NCBI GenBank assembly: GCA_965116495.1
Contig: OZ220696.1
Location: 2,688,001-2,752,000, forward strand
DNA length: 64,000 bases
DNA from: Gammaproteobacteria bacterium
GTDB taxonomy: Bacteria > Pseudomonadota > Gammaproteobacteria > Eutrophobiales > Eutrophobiaceae
Direction: 5' to 3'
Part shown: positions 49,216 through 59,963 of the stretch, in pieces
Layout: every line of letters starts with the position of its first letter
Position numbering within the stretch: position 1 is the first letter of the stretch
Notes under the pieces: generated by a model
Database searches by the model: none
What the model saw: only the letters and a program-made list of their open reading frames with translations
Told to the model about the DNA's origin: nothing
Translations under genes and position numbers: made by a program

Positions 49216-50282
49216 ATTCAAATTCCGCGACGCCGGCAGGAGCACTGCTGGTGGGCAGTGTGCCGCTGAAAAATTGTGACGAAGTTTTTACTTTAAGTTC
49301 TGGGGTCCTGGGAAATCACCTGAGACGCATACCCGATGGCGAAACGGCTGAGCGCGGTAACTGGATCGGGTTTCAGCATGAGCTTTTTTCCGGTAGCCCG
49401 CAATTTGAGTTTGTAAGGGCGCCAGCGAAGGACGATGTCTACGAAGAGGAATTTGAATGGGCGCGGCTTCGCACGGATGTTTCAATAGATGACCTGGATC
49501 TGGGTACCCTCGGTTACGCGGAAGTGGCGGATGCTTCTTTTGAACGATTTTGCAGTTTAAAAGACAAACGAGTGATTTCACCGAACACTCGTTTCCAGGT
49601 TTCCTTGCCCACGCCTTTGGCCGTGATCATGTCGTTTGTTCACCGGGATCATCGTCACTTGATTGAACCCGCGTACCAACAGCGTTTAGTAGCTGAACTT
49701 GAAACGATAATCGATACCATTCCGCCGGCTGAGTTGGCAATACAATGGGATATCGCCCTCGAGTTGGCACTGTGGGAGGGTATGGTGGAGTCTTATTTTT
49801 CACCGATGAAGCAGGGAATTACCGATCGTTTATCGGAACTGGTCAATCTGGTCCCCGCTGAAGTGGAAGTGGGGATGCACCTGTGCTACGGCAGTTACAA
49901 GGACAAGCATTTCAAGGAACCCGAAGATGTCGCCAACATGGTTGAACTGACAAACGGCGTAATGGCAGGCTTAAATCGTGAATTAACCTGGCTGCATATG
50001 CCCGTGCCGGTCGAACGTGACGATGAGAACTACTACGAAGCCCTCCCGGGATTGGATAAATCAATGATAACTGAAATATACCTGGGTCTTGTCCACGATA
50101 GTGATGGTGTTTCCGGCACAAACAAACGTATCAACACGGCAAGCAGGTTCCTGCCTGAGTTCGGTGTGGCCACGGAATGTGGAATGGGGCGTTGTGATCC
50201 GAAACGAGTTCCAGGTTTATTGCAGATTCATGCTGACGTCGCCAATCCTGTAAAAGGATTAACCACGCGTAAGCCGTCGTAA
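49212..50282 (+). CDS. Methionine-synthase-like TIM-barrel Zn protein of unknown function
   Basis: LVGSVP, PDGET, AIQWD, HLCYG, ATECGMGR; ATGA overlap with rdhA. Confidence 0.7.
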   Translation: MNSNSATPAGALLVGSVPLKNCDEVFTLSSGVLGNHLRRIPDGETAERGNWIGFQHELFSGSPQFEFVRAPAKDDVYEEEFEWARLRTDVSIDDLDLGTLGYAEVADASFERFCSLKDKRVISPNTRFQVSLPTPLAVIMSFVHRDHRHLIEPAYQQRLVAELETIIDTIPPAELAIQWDIALELALWEGMVESYFSPMKQGITDRLSELVNLVPAEVEVGMHLCYGSYKDKHFKEPEDVANMVELTNGVMAGLNRELTWLHMPVPVERDDENYYEALPGLDKSMITEIYLGLVHDSDGVSGTNKRINTASRFLPEFGVATECGMGRCDPKRVPGLLQIHADVANPVKGLTTRKPS

Positions 50283-50384
50283 TCCTGCTCGCTGCTCATG
50301 TCTTCGGAATAAACGGTATCGCAACCGCAGGCGCGTGCTGCCGCCCGTGATTAACGCTGCCTTACCCTCTAGTCGTTTACTCAT
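50259..50384 (-). pseudogene. Second SDR N-terminal stub
   Basis: MSKRLEGKAALITGGST, then homology is lost. Confidence 0.6.
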
Positions 50385-50563
50385 TCAATACCATCCGCGG
50401 TTCCGGTGAAAGCCGCAACCCGGCCACTAAGAACACGATTATACGGTAAAGAATGTCAATCCACCGGATTCTGTTTTTTACCGTAATTCCGTCAAGGAGT
50501 AATGATTGACTATAAAGGCGGTTTCATTAGACTGGCAGTTCAACACGAACAAGGGTGGGCGAG

Positions 50564-51837
<1,274 letters not shown>

Positions 51838-51861
51838 CGCCTGCAATGCTTGGTTAACGCG

Positions 51862-52440
51862 TTACCATCCGGGGACCAGCGCCACGCCGATCAGCGAACG
51901 GTGCAGGTACAACAGGAACAGGGTATAAATTCCCAGGCCGGCCACACTGGCAATCAGGTCGTTGACGGCCGCCGCCGGAAGCCCGGGCAAGGGCCGTTGC
52001 CTGCGCTGTCTCATGGAGATACGCCCGGCTACCGCCCAGATGAGAAAACAGCCGAACAACAGCACGTCGGCAAGGGCGCCGTTGACCAGTAAATGTGCAA
52101 ACGCCCAGATTTTAACCGCAGTGAAAGCCGGATATTTCACCGCGGTTTTAATGCGTCCCGGTAAAAACACGACCAGGAGCAGCGGAAACACGAACAACAT
52201 CAGTAAATAGTTGACATGGCGTAACCAGTCAGGCGGCGCATACAGGATAACCGGCGTATGTCTTGCAATCCCGTAACCCCAGATCAGCAATACCAGCCCT
52301 ACCAGGGAAGCCAGTCCGTGGAGGATACGCCAGGGACCCGATCCAAGACGCCGCACCATATCGTCACGCCAGTCATCATTGATGATGGATATGGAGTGTA
52401 CGGCAAAAAACAGTATTAACCCGGTAATGAATAACAGCAT
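51862..52440 (-). CDS. NnrU-family membrane protein
   Basis: GLILFFAVHS, LIWGY, VKIWAFAHLLVNG..ADVLLFG. Confidence 0.85.
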   Translation of the reverse strand: MLLFITGLILFFAVHSISIINDDWRDDMVRRLGSGPWRILHGLASLVGLVLLIWGYGIARHTPVILYAPPDWLRHVNYLLMLFVFPLLLVVFLPGRIKTAVKYPAFTAVKIWAFAHLLVNGALADVLLFGCFLIWAVAGRISMRQRRQRPLPGLPAAAVNDLIASVAGLGIYTLFLLYLHRSLIGVALVPGW

Positions 52441-52502
52441 GACCTCACCGCGCAGCACTAAAATGAGCATACTAACCCTGTAGCGGCGATTACACTACAG
52501 GA

Positions 52503-52557
52503 AAATTTGGGACATCCATAAATTCAACAATTCCACAAAGTAATTTATGGGTGTCCC
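52503..52557. repeat. REP-like inverted repeat (TTTGGGACACCCATA family)
   Basis: AAATTTGGGACATCCATAAATT and AATTTATGGGTGTCCC. Confidence 0.8.
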
Positions 52558-52630
52558 GGAATTACGGCACAGGCATTCGAAATTGGTTCTGCTAAAATAA
52601 CAGGCCGATATCAGTCTTGCTCCCCCGTCC

Positions 52631-53131
52631 ATGATGACAGATGCACGATGTGAAACCCTGCTCCTGCAACTCAATGAGCAGTTGCTACAGCAAAACAGGA
52701 TGCTGGTCGCGGCAGAGTCCTGCACCGGCGGCGGCATCGCCTATGCCATTACCAGCCTGCCGGGCAGTTCCGGGTGGTTCGAGCGGGGGTTCGTCACCTA
52801 TTCCAACCTCGCCAAGCAGGAACAGTTGGGCGTTGCCTATGAACTTATCACCCGGTTCGGGGCCGTCAGTGAACAGGTCGCCGCGGCCATGGCGCAGGGC
52901 GCGTTGCGGCACAGCCATGCCGATTTCAGCGTGTCCGTGACCGGGATTGCCGGTCCGGACGGGGGGACGGCTGAAAAGCCGGTCGGCACCGTTTGTTTCG
53001 GCTGGGGCCGGCGCGGCGAGACCGCCAGGACCACACGGATAGTCTTTGAGGGAAACCGGCAACAGGTAAGGGAACTGTCCATCCTGACGGCTTTGCAGGG
53101 GTTGGCGGACCTGGTGGAACAGTCTTCATAA
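52631..53131 (+). CDS. pncC: Nicotinamide-nucleotide amidohydrolase (CinA C-terminal family)
   Basis: AESCTGG, GFVTYSN, GAVSE, TGIAGPDGG..EKPVGTV. Confidence 0.92.
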   Translation: MMTDARCETLLLQLNEQLLQQNRMLVAAESCTGGGIAYAITSLPGSSGWFERGFVTYSNLAKQEQLGVAYELITRFGAVSEQVAAAMAQGALRHSHADFSVSVTGIAGPDGGTAEKPVGTVCFGWGRRGETARTTRIVFEGNRQQVRELSILTALQGLADLVEQSS

Positions 53132-53141
53132 ACAGTGAAGG

Positions 53142-53657
53142 GTGATGAAACGCCTGTTTTTCGCCCTCTGGCCCGATAACGCGGTACGCGGCCGGCTCGC
53201 GGAGGCCGCCGAACTGTTGCCGGTGAATACAGGACGCCGTGTGCCCCCGGGCAACTTTCATATCACCCTGGTTTTCCTCGGCAATGTAGAGGGGCAAGTC
53301 GTCCCCGAACTGGCCGCCGCTGCTGAACGCTTGAAGCAACCAGGTTTCTCATTGCTGATCGACCGCTACGGCTGGTGGAAACGGGCGAAAGTTGCCTGGC
53401 TGGCCCCCGCAACCACGCCTGCGCCCCTGATGAATTTAGTCAAGCAGATCAACCTGTTGAGCAGAACAGCAGGGTTGCCGGTCGACAACCGAGACTACAA
53501 CCCCCATTTAACCGTTACACGCAAAGTAACCCGCCCAATAACGGGCCTGACGTTTGAACCGATCCAATGGGATATCAAGGACTTTCACCTGATCGAATCA
53601 GTCACCCATCAACAGGGAGCGAGATACCAGGTTATACGGTCCTGGCCGTTGTCCTGA
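53142..53657 (+). CDS. thpR: RNA 2',3'-cyclic phosphodiesterase
   Basis: RLFFALWP and two HxT motifs (HITLVFLG, PHLTV). Confidence 0.92.
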   Translation: MMKRLFFALWPDNAVRGRLAEAAELLPVNTGRRVPPGNFHITLVFLGNVEGQVVPELAAAAERLKQPGFSLLIDRYGWWKRAKVAWLAPATTPAPLMNLVKQINLLSRTAGLPVDNRDYNPHLTVTRKVTRPITGLTFEPIQWDIKDFHLIESVTHQQGARYQVIRSWPLS

Positions 53658-53745
53658 AAATTTGGGACACCCATAAATTATGGATACCTTGAAACTATGG
53701 GTGTCCCAAATTTTCAATGTTCAATTTGTGGGTGTCCCAAATTTT
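53655..53745. repeat. REP-like inverted repeat with a third arm (TTTGGGACACCCATA family)
   Basis: Perfect 21-bp arms at 53655-53675 and 53696-53716, plus an extra TGGGTGTCCCAAATTTT at 53729-53745. Confidence 0.88.
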
Positions 53746-53770
53746 TCTGAATTTTATTATAAAAAAAGTC

Positions 53771-53798
53771 TTGAAATTCTGAATTCGTGTTCTAGAAT
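53771..53798 (+). promoter_or_regulatory. Candidate sigma70 promoter for the T4SS operon
   Basis: TTGAAA-N16-TAGAAT preceded by an A-tract. Confidence 0.45.
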
Positions 53799-53886
53799 AG
53801 AATTTATCAGGAAATCGCCGACGATCCGGTAACGCACGGGGCGATTAAAAAAGTCACCTTTACGGACAGCAAAGGGCAAGGATTAG

Positions 53887-56400
53887 ATGAACGGAGAACC
53901 GGTAAACAGCTACCACGGCGCGTTCAAACCCTTCAACGGGTTTGTGCTTTCGTATACAGGCTCCCTGGTTGGCGCCATTGAAATAGATGGCATCGATCCT
54001 GACGGGATGTCGATGAAAGACATGGAGGCTTTCTCCATTGTCATCAGGAACCTGCTGAATTTCCTGCCCCAGTCCATCGTTCTTCAGCAATATTACGTTC
54101 ATTACCGCGATCTGCGGATAACATTTTTACACCGCAACAACCCGGTATGTAACGCGTTAAATCAATACCGGGCTGATCACCTCAACAAGATGCGACTTTC
54201 AGGAGCAAAGTGCGTCCTGTTCGTTGAGATGTATCCCGATAACCAGGGCCAATCCAGTCTGTCATTGTTCATCCACCATTTGCTCCATTATCCGCGCAGC
54301 GCAATATCCAGGGACTACATCAAGCGTTTTATCCTGTTTGGACCGGCGCGTTCTGCTTCAAAAATCGCACTGGAAAAAACGTCGCTCGCCCTGGAAACAT
54401 TGATCCACGACATTATCAATTACTGTAGTGGACTGTTTCAGACCCGACAACTCAATCTCGATGAAACTTACCGGGTAATGAAATTCCTGGCAACGATGGA
54501 GGTGAAATACCTGCACTCCGACCTGCGATGCCCACAAATTATTGATTCCGACCTGACCGATGGACAATTGGCGTCTGTAACGATCAAGGGAATGGATCTA
54601 TTGCGGTTACACAACCTCTATAAAACCTACGTGCGCGTCATGTCGGTAAAGCAATTCAATTTTGACCGTTTCACTCCCGGCCTGTTTGCAAAAGGTGCGA
54701 TCAAGGCGTCCGGCAACTACGTGTTGACTACCCGTTACAAAGGAATGAGTGAGACGTCAAAAACCCTGTTTTTTTTCAATCGCAAAAAAGAACTGGAAAG
54801 GGAGACGATCACGTTCACGGATTTTATCAACGGGCTGGACGGCGGTACGGAAAATGACAGGGATATGAGAGTCTTCCGCCCTTCGCTGATAAGGAAATTT
54901 CAGGAGTTGGATGAAGCGGCGTCCCTGCAGGACGACCTGGGATTAGTAGCTACCCATGCGGTTGTTTTCGATACTGATGTTGACGGGCTGGAGAAGACGA
55001 CAGAACAACTGCAATCCGCCCTGCATCAGAACCAATTCAGTATCCTGTGGGAAACGGTGGCGCAGATAGACGTTTTCTTTGACCTGCAACCTTGCGCCGA
55101 TCATCGCGGCAGGTTTTTGCGGGACATACCACTGAACACATCTCAATTTTCTACACTGTCACTGTTTTATAAATCCGCTCAAGGCACAAAAATTGTGGAC
55201 GACCTCGGGAATGAAGAAGCACAATATATTTTTCTATCTTCTGACAATTCCCCTTATTATTTTTCGCCGTTCAACGGCGGGCGCGGTTTTCTGGTTGGTG
55301 TGGGGCCGGTTCGAAGCGGAAAATCGTTTTTGCGTACCTGCACAGGGATTCACTGGCCCAAATATGGTGGCTTCTACCGGGCAATCGATATCGATCCGGG
55401 TTCCGAGCCTATTGCCCATGCATTTGGTGCTGATGGCGGCATCGTGCGTTTCGACAGGGAGAACGATCGCGGCTTCAATTTCTTTTCACAAGCCGACGGG
55501 CCTGGGGACTTGGCTTTTATTTCACATTTAAATCAACAGCTCATGGCAATGATCGACACTAACGACTCTGAAGATCTGCGCTATCTTTCCGGCCCTGATC
55601 AACTGGCACTGGACAGGGCCGTGAAGCAGGTATTGGGATTACCGCCACACCTGCAAACTTTAACAACCCTGGTAAAACACTGCCCGGGTCCGGTACAAAG
55701 GAAATTAACCCGGTTCGTCGGTACGGGCGCCTATTCCCGACTGTTCGACGCGCAACATGACGCCATAGGAGCCATTGACAAGAAAGTAGCGATTTACAAC
55801 CTGGCGGGTATCAATGACGACGACATCGCAAAACCGCTGGTGATGGCAGAGATAGCCTACAGAGTATTGCGTTTCTATGAAAACCCCGAGTTCCGGTCCT
55901 GTCCGAAATGGCTCGACGTAGATGAATGTCACCACATCCTGGCCAATCCCAGACTGACCAAAACAATGCTGCTGGACAGGGTGCGTACCTGGGGGAAAAT
56001 GCTGGCCGGTATCGGCATGTGGACCCAATCCGGAATAGAACTTGGCAATATCGAAAACTGGGAAGCGCTGCGTAGCGCCGCCTCAACTTTTATATTTACG
56101 GCCGATCCTGAATTAAACAAAGACGCCTACCGATCAATATTCAATTTGAAAGATGGAGAAATGGAAACCATACAGGGGTTGATCCCGAAAAAGGAATTTT
56201 ACCTGATACAGAGGGATTTAAATGTCTCGAAAAAATGCATCCTGTCAGTCGAGCCGGAACAATACGTACTGTCAACGTCCAAACCGGCGGAACAAACGCT
56301 GTATTTCGACAATGTTGAATGTTACGGCTTTGATGCCGGCGTCAGGAAGACCGTGGAAGCGCTTGATAAAGGAGAGGGTCACAATGAAAAGACATTTTGA
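53887..56400 (+). CDS. virB4: Type IV secretion ATPase VirB4/TrbE
   Basis: Walker A GPVRSGKS, Walker B WLDVDECH; 837 aa; followed by other virB genes. Confidence 0.88.
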   Translation: MNGEPVNSYHGAFKPFNGFVLSYTGSLVGAIEIDGIDPDGMSMKDMEAFSIVIRNLLNFLPQSIVLQQYYVHYRDLRITFLHRNNPVCNALNQYRADHLNKMRLSGAKCVLFVEMYPDNQGQSSLSLFIHHLLHYPRSAISRDYIKRFILFGPARSASKIALEKTSLALETLIHDIINYCSGLFQTRQLNLDETYRVMKFLATMEVKYLHSDLRCPQIIDSDLTDGQLASVTIKGMDLLRLHNLYKTYVRVMSVKQFNFDRFTPGLFAKGAIKASGNYVLTTRYKGMSETSKTLFFFNRKKELERETITFTDFINGLDGGTENDRDMRVFRPSLIRKFQELDEAASLQDDLGLVATHAVVFDTDVDGLEKTTEQLQSALHQNQFSILWETVAQIDVFFDLQPCADHRGRFLRDIPLNTSQFSTLSLFYKSAQGTKIVDDLGNEEAQYIFLSSDNSPYYFSPFNGGRGFLVGVGPVRSGKSFLRTCTGIHWPKYGGFYRAIDIDPGSEPIAHAFGADGGIVRFDRENDRGFNFFSQADGPGDLAFISHLNQQLMAMIDTNDSEDLRYLSGPDQLALDRAVKQVLGLPPHLQTLTTLVKHCPGPVQRKLTRFVGTGAYSRLFDAQHDAIGAIDKKVAIYNLAGINDDDIAKPLVMAEIAYRVLRFYENPEFRSCPKWLDVDECHHILANPRLTKTMLLDRVRTWGKMLAGIGMWTQSGIELGNIENWEALRSAASTFIFTADPELNKDAYRSIFNLKDGEMETIQGLIPKKEFYLIQRDLNVSKKCILSVEPEQYVLSTSKPAEQTLYFDNVECYGFDAGVRKTVEALDKGEGHNEKTF

Positions 56401-57280
56401 TCCGTTGGAGTCCGGTTCACGCAGCGCTGACGGATGGCTTATGCGAATCAGTCTGTGGCTGCTTGGCATCTCTCTTATCACCGGGGTTCATGCTGCAGGG
56501 ATCCCAACGGTTGACGTTGGTGTAATAGCACAACAGATCCGCTCCTACCAGCAACAGTTAAGAGACTTTGAAACTCAACTGCAACAGGTGGGCCTCAACA
56601 GCGAACAGTTGACCATGCTCAACAGGCAGTTCAGTCAGACCCTGAAAGAATACGATGACTACCTGCGGCAGGTCAGGGGTTTACATCGGGTAATTTCTCG
56701 AAAAGACTGGAATGGTCTGTTCCAGACACTCAGAAATTATTACGGCACCAGCCCTTATTCCCACATAACAAAGGTCCAGGAGATCGGGAGCGCCGGCCGT
56801 CATGCTATCGACACACAGGTGGGTAAACTTTATACCGTACCGGCACAGGTTGACCAAGTGCGCCGTCAAATCGCAACAGTGGGAGTTGACCCTGAACCCT
56901 GGGTTATACAAGCGCAAAGGCAAAGAGCGCGCTATGAAGCTTACAGGGATCAGTTGGAACTGGCGAAAGACAGCAACCGGGAATTACTGGAACGTTATAG
57001 AAAAATCAGGATCACAAAAAATAATTTCGACCTTGGTGATAAAAGCGACCTGAATGCATTGCAAACGGTGGTAACAAGCAATTTTCATATTATCGATGAA
57101 CTGCAGGCCCTGAATAAAACCCAGAATCAGCGCCTGCTGCATACCAACCATGAGTATGTCCAGGCATTATCAAATGCAGAGGCACAACGACAAGCTGAAG
57201 CAGAACGACTGGAAAAAGTGGTAACCGGTGGAAAACCGTTGCGTTCCTTCCGTTGGAGTGATCTGAATATGACTGAATAG
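56384..57280 (+). CDS. VirB5/TrbJ-like protein
   Basis: Signal peptide then AGIPTVD and a Gln-rich coiled coil; position after virB4. Confidence 0.7.
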   Translation: MKRHFDPLESGSRSADGWLMRISLWLLGISLITGVHAAGIPTVDVGVIAQQIRSYQQQLRDFETQLQQVGLNSEQLTMLNRQFSQTLKEYDDYLRQVRGLHRVISRKDWNGLFQTLRNYYGTSPYSHITKVQEIGSAGRHAIDTQVGKLYTVPAQVDQVRRQIATVGVDPEPWVIQAQRQRARYEAYRDQLELAKDSNRELLERYRKIRITKNNFDLGDKSDLNALQTVVTSNFHIIDELQALNKTQNQRLLHTNHEYVQALSNAEAQRQAEAERLEKVVTGGKPLRSFRWSDLNMTE

Positions 57281-57287
57281 GCTTCTT

Positions 57288-57377
57288 GGGGACGGTCTTA
57301 AGTCCGTCCCCGGATGGGGTGGGAATGACGGGCTTATCAAGGGGAGAGACAGGACGCGCAAGAGGCAGGAATGACGG
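57288..57377. repeat. REP-like remnants between the virB5-like and virB6-like genes
   Basis: GGGGACGG-N8-CCGTCCCC hairpin and two GGAATGACGGG motifs like the end of the 6585 element. Confidence 0.5.
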
Positions 57378-57417
57378 GTAGCCGGGAAAAACAGGATTAT
57401 TTAAGGAGGATTAAAAC

Positions 57418-58404
57418 ATGATGCCACGAGGGTTAACAGCCGCCGCGTTGTTGTCGTTGCTGCCGTTCCGGGTATTGGCGGCTCCGATTGATCCTGCCGG
57501 TTTCCTGGGAGAGTTTTTTAACAAGGCAAGCAGGTTGACCGATCAGCTTATCGGTGTGTCAACTGAATTGTCCCGGTTCTCAGAGCTTGAATGGACCACA
57601 TTCGCTGTATTTGCCCTGGTAATTGTCCTGATCAAGTGGACCACAGGCGCAGCCGCAATAAAAGACGTAATTTTTGTCGTCCTGATGATTCTTATCGCGC
57701 AATCTTTGATGCAATCTTACGATCAGGTCCTGGCTGTCCTCTGGGAAATCACCACCGTTCTGTCTGATGATATCAACCGGAACACCTACCAGGCCTTGAA
57801 CCTGGAAGCAACGGGAATCAAATCAACCGGTGTCTTTCTGCTGGATATGATTAACCACATCATGGAACGTATCACATTTAAACCCGTGCCCGCTAAATCC
57901 GGGCTCTTTTCCATGTTCACCAGTTTCGCCATCAGCATCCGCGATGGGATCTTCATGATCATATTTTTTCTCGTGCTGATTGCTGTTTTCTGCACCTCCT
58001 GGGTCATATCGGTTGTCGGACTGTGGAGCCTGCTACTCGGCAAAGTGTTGGGGCCGATCTTTATTCCATTCCTTATATTCAAACGCGCAAACTCGTATTT
58101 CGACAGTTGGGTGAACTTCATGTTGGGTTCCGTGGCCTATTTCATAGTCGCGCAGATTAACGTCGCATTTACAACCTTGATTATTATCGAGCTGTTTAAT
58201 TCGATCATTATTGCAGGAGAAATATTGACAGTAACTCCGGATGATTTTCTTAAACTGCTCAACTATTCCGGATTGCTGTTCGTGGCGATATTCGCGATGT
58301 TCAGGACCGACCGGGTAGTGAGCGATTTAATCCATGGAGGTGTGAGCGCATCGGGAGCCATCAGCCACGCGGCTTCCATGTTGTCCACAAGGTTGTTGAG
58401 ATGA
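57418..58404 (+). CDS. VirB6/TrbL-like polytopic membrane protein
   Basis: Multiple TM segments, LGPIFIPFLIF...YFDSWVNF motif. Confidence 0.78.
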   Translation: MMPRGLTAAALLSLLPFRVLAAPIDPAGFLGEFFNKASRLTDQLIGVSTELSRFSELEWTTFAVFALVIVLIKWTTGAAAIKDVIFVVLMILIAQSLMQSYDQVLAVLWEITTVLSDDINRNTYQALNLEATGIKSTGVFLLDMINHIMERITFKPVPAKSGLFSMFTSFAISIRDGIFMIIFFLVLIAVFCTSWVISVVGLWSLLLGKVLGPIFIPFLIFKRANSYFDSWVNFMLGSVAYFIVAQINVAFTTLIIIELFNSIIIAGEILTVTPDDFLKLLNYSGLLFVAIFAMFRTDRVVSDLIHGGVSASGAISHAASMLSTRLLR

Positions 58405-58414
58405 GACCAGGGAG

Positions 58415-59149
58415 ATGACGGCAAAGACAATAGGGACCGTACCGGATGGGTTGGTGGAACAACTTAATCCCGACAACATCCCGGGACTGGTGGTTACCAA
58501 CAACAGGCTGTTGGTCAGCAACCTCGTCTTATTGCTGGCGTTTATCTGTGCCGTCAGTTACGGCATTGCAGTGACTTACATGGCAAAGAACAATGAAAAA
58601 CTCATCTATGTCAAACTGGCGCCGGATGGTACCTGGTTTATCGATACCCAATTCGCGCATAAAGACGAAACGGACTTTTTCCCTGCCACTATTGATCACC
58701 TGTTGGGCAGTTATGTAACGCGCCGATTTCGCGAAGACCCAGCGACCATAAGGAATGACTATGGTTTTGCACTGGTGTTGATGGACACGGGATTGGCGAA
58801 GTACTTTAAGTCGCCCTCGGGTTTCGATGCCGCGAGCAAAGCAGCCAGGATCAGAGCTTGCCCAAGCTGCAGTATCAAGGAAGTTGAGGTAAGGAACATT
58901 TACCACTTCGACATAGATCGCCTGGCCGGCGGTAATCCCGATGACACCACTTACAGGACCAACGTTTACATCAATGAGATGCTCCGGTCGACCACGGACA
59001 ACACGATACTGAACACCAGGAGGGCTATTATCACACTGCGCTGGCGCCTCACCTCCAAACCGACACTATCCAAAGAAAGAAAGGTACTTATGGCCAACCC
59101 TATCGGACTGAAAATTATTGAGGAGAAAGTACTCGATGACCCGGCTTAG
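58415..59149 (+). CDS. VirB8/TrbF-like protein
   Basis: Single N-terminal TM, YVTRRF, C-terminal NPIGLKI. Confidence 0.78.
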   Translation: MTAKTIGTVPDGLVEQLNPDNIPGLVVTNNRLLVSNLVLLLAFICAVSYGIAVTYMAKNNEKLIYVKLAPDGTWFIDTQFAHKDETDFFPATIDHLLGSYVTRRFREDPATIRNDYGFALVLMDTGLAKYFKSPSGFDAASKAARIRACPSCSIKEVEVRNIYHFDIDRLAGGNPDDTTYRTNVYINEMLRSTTDNTILNTRRAIITLRWRLTSKPTLSKERKVLMANPIGLKIIEEKVLDDPA

Positions 59150-59960
59150 ATATATTTTTTTACTGACTGTCATCACTATGAACGGCTATGCCGAAGGAGA
59201 GCAATGCCGTCTTATCAATTACGAAAAACATAAATTCGTTCGCATCAAATCCAGGTTGCATCACGGCACCCACATTGAACTGCCGGAGATGTTGATAGCC
59301 AGGCCGGTCACGGGAAACAGGGATTTGTGGGATGTGGAAGGCGAAAACAGACACATCTTCGTCAAACCGAATGACCCAGGGACAAGAGAAGGTGGTAGTA
59401 CGACCATTACCGCCGTCTCCCAAAGTAACCGGTCCTACCATTTCCTGGTGGAACGTTCGGATAACGACTTCGACCTGTGCGTGGTCATTACCCATGACAG
59501 CGGGTTTTTGCCTGAAGGCGCATTCTCAGGTTTTACCCGGCGCAACGGCGAGCAGACAGCATTGTACCAGGAACAACTGGACACGCTTCAGATCCGGTTG
59601 AACGAGGAAGAGCAGGCAACAGCAGAGAAGGTGAATGCCGCGATAGATGAGTACAGGACACAATTGTTTACCGGCTACCGCTGGAAAGGCGGGCGTTCTC
59701 GTTATGGGAAGGATCTGGTAACCGATGTCTACGATGACGGCAGGTTTACCTATATTCGCGTACGGCACAACCTGGATGGCGTCATGTCGCTGTTTGCCGA
59801 CAATAACGGAAAAGAGCAGTTCATCGACTACAAATATGACGAAGACAAACGGGTATACATTGTGACCGGAATTTACAACCGTATCTACATGAAAGCGGAT
59901 GAGAAAACGCAGATCGTCATCACCCGACGCGGGAGTTCCCGAACACAACGGGATTTATAG
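59136..59960 (+). CDS. VirB9/TrbG outer-membrane core protein
   Basis: Signal peptide, THIELPE, IFVKP, VYDDGRFTYI. Confidence 0.82.
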   Translation: MTRLRYIFLLTVITMNGYAEGEQCRLINYEKHKFVRIKSRLHHGTHIELPEMLIARPVTGNRDLWDVEGENRHIFVKPNDPGTREGGSTTITAVSQSNRSYHFLVERSDNDFDLCVVITHDSGFLPEGAFSGFTRRNGEQTALYQEQLDTLQIRLNEEEQATAEKVNAAIDEYRTQLFTGYRWKGGRSRYGKDLVTDVYDDGRFTYIRVRHNLDGVMSLFADNNGKEQFIDYKYDEDKRVYIVTGIYNRIYMKADEKTQIVITRRGSSRTQRDL

Positions 59961-59963
59961 ACG

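Noticed and set aside
53655-53745. Possible CRISPR mini-array or att site before the T4SS
   Set aside because: The arms are inverted, and the same motif occurs at 10376 and 52503 in unrelated contexts; it fits a REP-like family
53814-53847. Hairpin upstream of virB4 as a terminator or riboswitch
   Set aside because: No U-tract follows the stem on either strand and it resembles no riboswitch I recognise; kept only as a possible 5' UTR structure
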